From Nannocystales bacterium (GTDB lineage: Bacteria > Myxococcota_A > Polyangia > Nannocystales > Nannocystaceae): a DNA stretch of 64,000 bases. The translations under genes and the position numbers were made by a program. Where the stretch lies: assembly GCA_050633305.1 (NCBI GenBank), contig JBOEGF010000008.1:320001-384000 (forward strand), read 5' to 3'. The notes under the pieces are model-generated. The model saw only the letters and a program-made list of their open reading frames with translations. It did not search any database and was not told the origin of the DNA. This document shows positions 1-8,008 of the stretch, piece by piece. How positions within the stretch are numbered: position 1 is the first letter of the stretch; each line of letters opens with the position of its first letter.

Positions 1-826
1 CGGGCCGCTTGGCCAAGCACCGCCTGATGATCCGGTCTGCCTCCGCAGGGAGTTCGGCGTTGCGGGTGCGCGGAGCGGGCAACGGGTTGGAGATGGCCTT
101 GGCCAGGACGTCCAGTGGGCTGCTCCCCTTGAACGGGACCGTGCCGGTCGCCATCTTGTACATGAGCACCCCCACCGCATAGACCTCGCTGCGGACGTCG
201 GCCTTCTTGCCCCGCGCCACTTCCGGCGCCAGGTAGGCCGCGGTGCCGACGACCTCTTCAGCCCCGGTGAGCGCGGGCGAGCCACCATCAGCCCGAGACT
301 TGGCCAGGCCGAAGTCGAGCACCTTGATGAAGTCGCCGCGGATCCCTGCAGCTTGGTCGACGAGGAAGACGTTGCTGGGCTTGATGTCGCGGTGGATCAC
401 ACCGCAGGCGTGTGCGGCCTTGAGCGCCGCGACGACTTGCATGGCGATGTTCCGAACCCGAGGCCACGGCAGCCGCCGCTCCTGCCGCAGCAAGGCGCGC
501 AGGTCCATCCCCTCGAGCAGTTCCATCACCAGGTAGACGACGCCATGCTCCATCACCCCGACGTCGATGATCTCGATGACGTTGGGGTGCTTCACCAGCG
601 CGGTGGTCTGTGCTTCGCGGACGAGGCGACGAACCTGGACCTCGTGTTTCATGACCCCGGGCTTGACCACCTTGATCGCCACGGGCCGGCTCAAGGCCAG
701 CTGTTGGCCCTGGTAGACCGATCCCATCCCGCCGGTCGACAACGGCTTGTCGATCTCGTAACGGCCATCGAGCACGACTCCGCAGAGGTCCGCGAGGTCG
801 GGGCTCGGCGGTGCGGGGCTCGGCAT
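1..826 (-). CDS. Ser/Thr protein kinase (Pkn2-type), 3' end runs off the window
   Basis: Translated by hand from ATG at 826 (GAGGA RBS upstream): MPSPAPPSPDLADLCGVVLDGRYEIDKPLSTGGMGSVY...VAIKVVK, with HRDIKPSN, KVLDFGLAK and GTAAYLAPE. Absent from the ORF track because no stop lies in the window. Confidence 0.92.
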   Translation of the reverse strand, partial: MPSPAPPSPDLADLCGVVLDGRYEIDKPLSTGGMGSVYQGQQLALSRPVAIKVVKPGVMKHEVQVRRLVREAQTTALVKHPNVIEIIDVGVMEHGVVYLVMELLEGMDLRALLRQERRLPWPRVRNIAMQVVAALKAAHACGVIHRDIKPSNVFLVDQAAGIRGDFIKVLDFGLAKSRADGGSPALTGAEEVVGTAAYLAPEVARGKKADVRSEVYAVGVLMYKMATGTVPFKGSSPLDVLAKAISNPLPAPRTRNAELPAEADRIIRRCLAKRP

Positions 827-963
827 GGGTTCCTCTTTCATATGTGCACCTACGCCACCCGATGATTGCCCCAAGTTCGGACGTCGCGGGTCTGACAGCA
901 GCTGCGGGGCACCCGTCCGGGTTTCCCAAGTGTAGGCCCCCGGGAGCCTTCAACGCGAACACG

Positions 964-1000
964 AAAAAACCCCGGTCGGTCCACGAGGGCCGAGCCGGGG
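964..1000 (-). terminator. Rho-independent terminator after the lgt-like gene
   Basis: Minus strand reads CCCCGGCTCGG-loop-CCGACCGGGG then TTTTTT, about 25 nt downstream of the stop at 1025. Confidence 0.75.
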
Positions 1001-1024
1001 CTTCTGCCGGGAGAGAACGGCGCG

Positions 1025-2101
1025 CTACTCGTCCGCGGCGGCCTTGGCTTCCATCCGCTGCACAGCGCCCATGCTGAGTTCATCAACGTTGGGCTTCATG
1101 CCGCCGGAGGGGTTCTTCAGCCAGCTTCCGACCTTGCCGTAGTGGACGCCGTACGCGAATCCGAACACCGTGCCGAACAGCGCGATCCACGGGGCGATGG
1201 TGCCGTTGGTCAGCACGTGGACGAGGCGGTGGCTGAGGTCAACGGTGAGCACCGCGTCGCTCTGCGCGCCAACGACCCAGAAGCCAACGCCGACGAGGAT
1301 CATGGCGAAGGAGTAGACGTTGGTGTGCGTGATCTTGCCCCACAGCTTGCCGCGATCGTCTTGCCGGAAGAACTCGAGGCTGAGTCGCACGAGCGAGTGG
1401 AGAATGAAGTACAGACCCGCGAGCGCACCATCGAACGGAAGCAGCGGAAGGATCGCGTAGAACATCGCGAACATTCCGAGGTAGCTGACGAGGGCGTACA
1501 GCTGCGCGGGGTGAATCTTGACGTTGGTCAGGTGCGGCGCGGCGCGGAGAACCTTGGACTCCGGGTTCGTGTAGCGAACACCAAAGCGGCTCTGCGTCGG
1601 GCGACCCCAGCAACAGCCGTAGACGTAGCAACCGAGCCGCGCGATGGCTTCACCCAGCGGCAGGCACAGCGCCGGACCGTCGAGCAACCGAAGCAATGGG
1701 ACGCCGGTGATCTGGCTGATGATGACGAACCCCACGAGGCCGCCGGCGATGCCACCGTGCAGCATGTAGCCGGGCTTGATGATCGTCTGCAGCGGGTTGC
1801 GGAACAGCTCCCGCCACTCGAGCATGATGCTGAACGAGCGCAGCCCGATGAGGATCATCGGCACGAGGACGAAGAGGTACAGCTTCGCCATGTACACGAC
1901 GTCCATACCGATCATCGCCGTGTACCAGAGAGACACTGCACAGCCGGCGGCGAATGCCGACCCCGCCAAGAAGGCGTAAGTCGTGAACAGCCAGTTCCCG
2001 ACACGAAACAAAACCGTGCGGTTGTGAAAGTCGAGAATCCAGCGGCGGAAGAAGCCGCGCGGCTCCGCGGTCACGGAAGGGGATGTCGATTCGGACGCCA
2101 T
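1025..2101 (-). CDS. lgt: Prolipoprotein diacylglyceryl transferase (Lgt family)
   Basis: Multi-TM protein with GYMLHGG, LGEAIARLGCYVYGCCWGRPT, HPAQLY and RLSLEFFR motifs. Start set at MASEST (ATG 2101). Confidence 0.75.
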   Translation of the reverse strand: MASESTSPSVTAEPRGFFRRWILDFHNRTVLFRVGNWLFTTYAFLAGSAFAAGCAVSLWYTAMIGMDVVYMAKLYLFVLVPMILIGLRSFSIMLEWRELFRNPLQTIIKPGYMLHGGIAGGLVGFVIISQITGVPLLRLLDGPALCLPLGEAIARLGCYVYGCCWGRPTQSRFGVRYTNPESKVLRAAPHLTNVKIHPAQLYALVSYLGMFAMFYAILPLLPFDGALAGLYFILHSLVRLSLEFFRQDDRGKLWGKITHTNVYSFAMILVGVGFWVVGAQSDAVLTVDLSHRLVHVLTNGTIAPWIALFGTVFGFAYGVHYGKVGSWLKNPSGGMKPNVDELSMGAVQRMEAKAAADE

Positions 2102-2265
2102 CGCGCGGGCATCTAACGGCACGGAGGCACCTTTGCGCAAGTGGGGTACGACATTGGCCTGGTGCAACGCGCGCCATCGCACATTTCGTGAGCGGGCAAA
2201 CCTTTGGAAACCCGGCGGATCGCGCGCTTTTGCGCGACTTGTCGCGCCAGTGTTACGGTCGCGCC

Positions 2266-2442
2266 TTGGGCGGAGGGCATCAGTGTTCGCAACACGCAGA
2301 CCCATCGGACGAACAGCTCTCCACGGGCTTCTTGCCGATCTCGCTCGCGCTCACGCTTTTGCTCAGCGGACTGTTCGTTTTCGGGATCGTTCCCATGAGC
2401 TGCGACGCGTCGGGCACCGGCCCGACGAGCGACCGGCGATAG
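2266..2442 (+). CDS. Possible small single-pass membrane protein (~58 aa)
   Basis: 3' part of ORF 2083..2442 has GC-rich third codon positions and a hydrophobic stretch (FLPISLALTLLLSGLFVFGIVPM). Start uncertain (TTG 2266). Confidence 0.35.
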   Translation: MGGGHQCSQHADPSDEQLSTGFLPISLALTLLLSGLFVFGIVPMSCDASGTGPTSDRR

Positions 2443-2479
2443 AGCAGACCCGGGTCTGCGAAGCGGCCGGGCGATTCCA

Positions 2480-3502
2480 CTAGGGCGAATCGTCATCAGC
2501 GATCAACACGGGCACGTGGGAGGCCACCATCGTGTCTGAGATCGCCACGCCGTAGATCGCAACGTAGAAGAGGATGCCCTGCATCGCTCGGGCTTGGTCT
2601 CGGTTCCCCAACGCAAAGAACGCGTCGTTCGGCACACTCGCAGGCTCGCCGGGGTCGACCGCGCTGAGGATGGTCGGCGGAAGTTCATTGCCGTCGACCA
2701 GCAGCCGGAACCGCGATGCGTCGCTTCCGGCGTTGGTGTCCACGATGACGTGAAGCACATGAGCGACTCCATCACTGAACGGGGTGTAGTCCCATTCGCG
2801 CACGATGGTGTTGTTCCAAACGAACTGAAGTTGGTTTGGATCCTCGGAGCTCAACGTCGCGGCTCCGGAGTTCGGGCGGCCGAAGTGGACGAGTCTGGAG
2901 TCCGATCCAACCGCGTCGTCCAGCCGGACGACCACCTCGAACGTCAGCTCCGTGGCGCCCTCGAGGCCGTCGAACTTCGAGCCGGAGATCGGTGCGCGTG
3001 CACCATCGTCCGCGCCCGCCACGTCGAACGCCAGTCCGCGATGTCCGAACGCCGAAGCGTAGTGCATCGTGTTCTCGACGTACTCCAAGGCCAACGGAAA
3101 CGGCTCCTCCGCCGAGTCGAATGCCGCCTTCGGCACAGTGCCGCTCTCCGCCTCGTCGAGGTAGTAGCGAGCGACCAGCCCTTCGTCGGACAACGCTCCG
3201 GCCCGATCCCCTGAACTCGAGGCCGCACCTTCGGAGGTCGACGACGACGAACCGGTGGTCGTGCGACCCGTCTCAGGTTCCGTCTCCGACCCTGGTGTCT
3301 CGCCGGTCGAGACCGTGCCCGTGGTGAGACCCGAGGTCCCAGTCCCTCCTTGAGTTCCAACAGCGGTGCCGGTCGTGAGGTCGGTTGTGCTCGACGATGT
3401 CACCTCGCCCAACGCACTGTCGGTTGCCGAGTCTGCGCCGACGGAGGTTGTTTCGAACGAACACCCGAGCAGTACACATCCCCACAGCGCCCCTCTACGC
3501 AT
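2480..3502 (-). CDS. Lipoprotein with Thr/Ser/Gly linker and LamG/concanavalin-A-like domain
   Basis: Lipobox-like LLGC and a low-complexity linker, followed by GLVARYYLDE...LTFEVVVR...FALGN...MQGILFYVAIYGVAIS, typical of LamG-like jelly-roll domains. Confidence 0.65.
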   Translation of the reverse strand: MRRGALWGCVLLGCSFETTSVGADSATDSALGEVTSSSTTDLTTGTAVGTQGGTGTSGLTTGTVSTGETPGSETEPETGRTTTGSSSSTSEGAASSSGDRAGALSDEGLVARYYLDEAESGTVPKAAFDSAEEPFPLALEYVENTMHYASAFGHRGLAFDVAGADDGARAPISGSKFDGLEGATELTFEVVVRLDDAVGSDSRLVHFGRPNSGAATLSSEDPNQLQFVWNNTIVREWDYTPFSDGVAHVLHVIVDTNAGSDASRFRLLVDGNELPPTILSAVDPGEPASVPNDAFFALGNRDQARAMQGILFYVAIYGVAISDTMVASHVPVLIADDDSP

Positions 3503-3533
3503 CGAGGAACATCGTACCTGCTACCCTACGCGC

Positions 3534-4607
3534 ATGCGAGTTCCCGCCCTGCTCGCGATGCTGTCCCTGGGGGTCCTCGCCTGTCGGACCACCCCCGACG
3601 GCGTCCGTACCGAATCCTCCGACACCGCGGAAGCATCTCTCAGCACAAGCACCGCCTCGGCACCCCGCGCGCCAAGCCTGGATGCAGCGTTGGCCGACAT
3701 CACCGCAGCTCGACTCCGCGAGCACGTCACGTGGTTGGCAGCGGACTCGATGCGCGGACGTGCGACGCCCTCCATCGAACTCGACGAGGCCGCGAAGTAC
3801 CTCGCAACAACGCTCGCCAACAGCGGCATCGAACCTGGGCCCTCGGGCGACCGCATGGTCACCGTCGCGTGTGGCCCGGGTGGAGAGAACGCGTTCAACG
3901 TCCTTGGCATGCTGCCCGGCGCAACCGACGAGGTCGTGATGGTGACCGCCCACTACGACCACGTGGGCGAAGCGTCAGAGGGCGACGACCGCGTCTTCAA
4001 CGGCGCCAACGACAACGCCTCGGGGGTCGCCGCAATGCTCGCGGTCGCGCACGCGCTCGCACGGGCACCCGCGCAGCCCCGACGAACGCTCGCATTTGTC
4101 GCCTTCTGCGGAGAAGAACACCACTTCCGGGGTTCGGCTGCATTCGTCGCCGATCCGCCCTTCCCACTGTCCCAGGTCGTCGCGATGTTCAACCTCGAGA
4201 TGCTCGGCCACCCGGACCCCACGGACGCCAAGCGGGCGTGGGTCACAGGCCACGCGTACTCCTCACTGCACGACTGGCTGGATCGCGGCGGAGAGCCGGG
4301 CGGGGTGACCTTTGTCTCCGGCAAGGCGATCGGACCTGCCGAAGGCAACGCTTTCGAGCGCTCCGACAACCTCCCTTTTGCGCAACACGGCGTCGTCGCG
4401 CATACGATCGCTGCCGGTCCGCTCGACGAGCACTACCACGCCGTCAGCGACGAGACCTCGCGCGTGGACTTCGACGCGATGGTCCCCATCGTCCGTTCCA
4501 TCGCTCGAGCGGTCGACGAACTCGCGCGGGGTGAAACGTCCCCTGGTTGGACCAACGAGGCCCCTGAGCGCTTCACTCGTCGAGCATCGAGTACGTCTCG
4601 CCAGTAG
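3534..4607 (+). CDS. M28 family metallopeptidase, lipoprotein
   Basis: VLAC lipobox; TAHYDHVG, NGANDNASG, FCGEE, NLEMLG, RSDN and HYH motifs. Start at MRVPALL. Confidence 0.9.
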   Translation: MRVPALLAMLSLGVLACRTTPDGVRTESSDTAEASLSTSTASAPRAPSLDAALADITAARLREHVTWLAADSMRGRATPSIELDEAAKYLATTLANSGIEPGPSGDRMVTVACGPGGENAFNVLGMLPGATDEVVMVTAHYDHVGEASEGDDRVFNGANDNASGVAAMLAVAHALARAPAQPRRTLAFVAFCGEEHHFRGSAAFVADPPFPLSQVVAMFNLEMLGHPDPTDAKRAWVTGHAYSSLHDWLDRGGEPGGVTFVSGKAIGPAEGNAFERSDNLPFAQHGVVAHTIAAGPLDEHYHAVSDETSRVDFDAMVPIVRSIARAVDELARGETSPGWTNEAPERFTRRASSTSRQ

Positions 4608-5505
4608 CTTCGATCGACATCATCCAAAGGCGCTGCGCGGCGACTTCGTCGTGGGAGGCGCGGTTCGACTCGACACGAACTGGGTATCCGCGAACCTGTC
4701 CGAGCCCCTGAGGCCCAAAGAATCCTCCTCCGCCGACAGGCTCTCCGACCGCCGCGAAGACGCTGGGCATCGCCCCCATTCGGGCGGGCTGGGCCACGAG
4801 ACGGTTGGTGAACTCATAGAAACGCCCGGTGAGCTTGGCGCCCGCGAGCTTCGGACCGACCCCTTGCAGGTTGGTGGAGGAGTAGCCAGGGTGGGCCGCG
4901 ACCGAGCGAACATCGGCGTCGGCGTTCCGGAGCCGGCGGTCGAGTTCGTAGCAGAACAGCAGGTTGGCCAGTTTGCTCTGCGAGTAAGCGCGCCACTTGT
5001 CGTAGGCGCGTTTTCCATGCAGGTCCTCAAACCGCATCGAGCCAACCTTGTGCATGAGCGAACTGACGGTCACGACACGGGCGGCCGGTGTCTCGAGAAG
5101 CCTCGGCATGAGCGCTCCGGTCAGCGCGAAGTGGCCGAAGTGGTTGGTGCCCAACTGCATCTCAAACCCGTCCGCGGTCTCCGTCCTCGGCAGCGCCATG
5201 ACCCCGGCGTTGTTGATCAGGACATCCAGCTTCGCGTGCGCCTCTTGAAACGACGCAGCGAACGCCCGGACGGAAGCGAGGTCAGCGAGGTTGAGCGGGA
5301 TGAACTCGACCGAGGCCTTCGGGTGCTGTGCGCGGACCTGCTTCATCGCCGCTTCGGCCTTCGACTCGGTACGACACGCCATCACCACGTGGGCTCCGCG
5401 TCCGCTCAACATATGCGTCGTCTCGAGCCCCAAGCCGCTGTTCGCTCCGGTGATGACAATGGTCTTACCGGCCAGGTCGGGAATGTTTGCCTCGGTCCAG
5501 GACAT
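4573..5505 (-). CDS. Short-chain dehydrogenase/reductase (retinol-dehydrogenase-like)
   Basis: TGANSGLG, NNAG, TNHFGHF and catalytic YSQSK. Converges on the M28 gene with a 35-nt overlap. Confidence 0.93.
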   Translation of the reverse strand: MSWTEANIPDLAGKTIVITGANSGLGLETTHMLSGRGAHVVMACRTESKAEAAMKQVRAQHPKASVEFIPLNLADLASVRAFAASFQEAHAKLDVLINNAGVMALPRTETADGFEMQLGTNHFGHFALTGALMPRLLETPAARVVTVSSLMHKVGSMRFEDLHGKRAYDKWRAYSQSKLANLLFCYELDRRLRNADADVRSVAAHPGYSSTNLQGVGPKLAGAKLTGRFYEFTNRLVAQPARMGAMPSVFAAVGEPVGGGGFFGPQGLGQVRGYPVRVESNRASHDEVAAQRLWMMSIEATGETYSMLDE

Positions 5506-5752
5506 CGCGGCGCGAGTGTAGCGAGCACTCGCGAGGGCGTCACCGTCGCCGGACAGCAAGCGCTGTGTCGCCAGCCAACGGCGGGATCTCCCGTGTCAGA
5601 GCGCCAGGGCCCGCGGTTCAGCCCCCGCACGGGTCGGGCAAGACGCTCGGAGTCACGGAGCAGACCCCACTGGTCGCTCCGTGCCCGCACGTTCTGGCCC
5701 CGCCACCCGTCGAGGAGTCCCTGACGGTGGGGCCGAAGCATGGCCAGGCTCG

Positions 5753-8008
5753 CTACAGAACGATGACAAACGCGTCCTTCTCCCGGAGCGCCGCGTGAGC
5801 CGAAGAGTCTCGCACCACCACGTGGATCGTCTGACTCCGCATCGAACCCGCTGCGAGACGCACCGCGATCGGGCTCATCACATGTTCTTCGATCACCCGC
5901 TTGAGCGGCCGAGCCCCACGGGTGGGATGCCAGCCGAGTTCCGCGAGTCGGGCACGAGCCTGTGGATCGACCGACAGCACCAACTCGCGCTCGCGTAGCC
6001 CCTGACGTTTCCCAGTCTTGCTCAGCTCGAGATCGACGACGCGCAGGATGTCATCACGGGAGAGCAGACCGAACGGGACAACGTTGTCGATGCGGTTGAA
6101 GAACTCCGGTCGGAAGTGAGCTCGCACGGCCCCAAAGAGAGCGTCGTGGGATGCGTCCGGCGCTCCAAACCCCGCGCTCGCGGTCTTCTGCACCCCCAGG
6201 TTGCTCGTCATGACCACCAACGTCATTCGGAAGTCGACCAGGCGGCCCTCGCTGTCGGTCATCCGCCCTTCCCCAAGCATCGCAAGCAGAAGGTCAAACA
6301 CCTCAGGGTGTGCTTTTTCAATCTCGTCGAGCAGCACCAACGACAGCGGCTGTGCGCGGACCTGTTCGACCAGGCTCTGCACGCCCTGGCCGACCGACAG
6401 CAACCGTTGGCCGGACCCCGGAAGCATGTACTCGCTCATGTCCAGCCGAACCATGCGCTCACTGTCCGAGAACATGACCCGGGCCAGTTGCTTGGCGAGT
6501 TCCGTCTTGCCGACACCCGTCGGGCCCACCAAGAAGAGACTGCCGATGGGGCGATCCGGGTCGCACAAGCCAGCCTTGAAGCGCGTCAGGACGCCGGCTG
6601 CCGTGTGGCAAGCGTCGTCCTGTCCAACGACGCCGTTGCGAAGGCGCGAGGCGATCTGCTCCCGCCCAGCGACCTCGCGGTCGGAGATCAATGCCAACGG
6701 GAGGCCGGTCGAACGTGCAAACGCCTCGGTGACCGCCTGTGCGCTCATTTCCTGGGGCTCGTCGCTGGGCTCGGTCTGCGCGAGCCAGTCGAGAAAGCGA
6801 AACCCTTTTCCCGGAAACCCACGATCTCGAGCAAAGAACTCGAGCAGCTGGACCATGGTGCGCAGCGCCTCGCTGGAGAAGGTGCGGTCCGCATCCAACC
6901 GGGCCTGATACTCCGCGAGCCGGTGCGGCATCACGGAACTCGTGGTCGGCTCGACCCTCACCACGAGAAACTGCGAGACGAAGGCAGGGTGTTGAGCGCT
7001 GAGCCGTTCGTACTCCTCGACGTTGCACTCCGCGATCACCACGAGTTCGCCAACGCGCATCGAGGCAGACAACATGTCGGCGATCGACGTGCTGGTCTGT
7101 GTGGCGCAGATCGGAGCCAACCGGTCCACATACAACACGTCGCGCGAAGCCGAGAGCTCCTCGATCAGGTCGAGGCAGCGCTGCTCCCACTCGCCGAGGT
7201 ACTTCATCCCTGCAACGATGCGGTCCGCGCTTGTGGACCACACGCGCGGAGCATCGGCACCGCGGCGCCCCAACGAACGAGCCAGCGAGCGAACCCACGT
7301 GGACTTTCCCGCACCCGGAGGGCCGACCAGCAAGACGGAGCGAGGATGCTCGCCCGCCATGAGCTCGACATAGCGCGGCTCGACAACGTCGCCGATCACC
7401 GGTCGTCTGCGACTCTTGCGCTGCTCGGCCGTCATGTCCTGCGCGACCGCGTCGAGAGTGTTCTGCGCCTCGAAACCGGAGGACCAGCTCGAAGGCCGAG
7501 CTCGGGTCGCATACGGCGGCGTCCACGACACGATGCGTTCGTCTTCGAGCCCGCGGAAGTCGAACATCGAACGAGCCTCCTCCCCAAGCATCGACTGGCC
7601 GATCGCCTGCCGGATGACCGTGGGTGCCATGTCGACGTCCTCGAGCACGAACCACCATCCGAACCGAGGAAGCATGACCAGGGCGCCACCGTCGGCGTTC
7701 TGGGTCCAGGCATAGCTGACCTGCAGCGGGATGGTCTGCTTGCCGATGACGGTGCGCTTCTTGACCACCCGCTGGGGGTTGACCTGCACCTTGACTCGGC
7801 GGACCTGCAGCGTCTCTTCCCACAGGAACCCCTCCAGCCGCTCGTCCGTCTCTTCGAGCGCGAGCGAGAGCTGAGAGAGGACAACCTCTTCGCTCGGGCC
7901 GTGCCCGGCGAGCGGTGAGGACAGCGTGCCACTGCGCGAGAGCAACCTGCCGGTATGGCTCCCGTCGTGGTGGGTGACGAAGTGAACCCGGTACGTAGGC
8001 CGAGCCAT
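5753..8008 (-). CDS. ClpA/ClpB-like double AAA+ ATPase, shortest of three paralogues (no C-terminal extension)
   Basis: GPPGAGKS; GPTGVGKT, RLDMSEY, LLDEIEKAH, MTSNLG, RPEFFNRID, GARPLKR. ATG 8008 overlaps the upstream TAA (TAATG). Confidence 0.9.
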   Translation of the reverse strand: MARPTYRVHFVTHHDGSHTGRLLSRSGTLSSPLAGHGPSEEVVLSQLSLALEETDERLEGFLWEETLQVRRVKVQVNPQRVVKKRTVIGKQTIPLQVSYAWTQNADGGALVMLPRFGWWFVLEDVDMAPTVIRQAIGQSMLGEEARSMFDFRGLEDERIVSWTPPYATRARPSSWSSGFEAQNTLDAVAQDMTAEQRKSRRRPVIGDVVEPRYVELMAGEHPRSVLLVGPPGAGKSTWVRSLARSLGRRGADAPRVWSTSADRIVAGMKYLGEWEQRCLDLIEELSASRDVLYVDRLAPICATQTSTSIADMLSASMRVGELVVIAECNVEEYERLSAQHPAFVSQFLVVRVEPTTSSVMPHRLAEYQARLDADRTFSSEALRTMVQLLEFFARDRGFPGKGFRFLDWLAQTEPSDEPQEMSAQAVTEAFARSTGLPLALISDREVAGREQIASRLRNGVVGQDDACHTAAGVLTRFKAGLCDPDRPIGSLFLVGPTGVGKTELAKQLARVMFSDSERMVRLDMSEYMLPGSGQRLLSVGQGVQSLVEQVRAQPLSLVLLDEIEKAHPEVFDLLLAMLGEGRMTDSEGRLVDFRMTLVVMTSNLGVQKTASAGFGAPDASHDALFGAVRAHFRPEFFNRIDNVVPFGLLSRDDILRVVDLELSKTGKRQGLRERELVLSVDPQARARLAELGWHPTRGARPLKRVIEEHVMSPIAVRLAAGSMRSQTIHVVVRDSSAHAALREKDAFVIVL

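Noticed and set aside
5511..5533. Inverted repeat CGCGAGTG/CACTCGCG upstream of the SDR gene, and GGCACCTCGTGCC at 15107-15119
   Set aside because: Short GC-rich palindromes are expected by chance, and there is no adjacent regulator or second copy.
6116..7918. 600-aa plus-strand ORF and similar long ORFs opposite the Clp genes (e.g. 13085-14254)
   Set aside because: Antisense shadows of motif-bearing genes, expected in high-GC DNA; no domain signatures.
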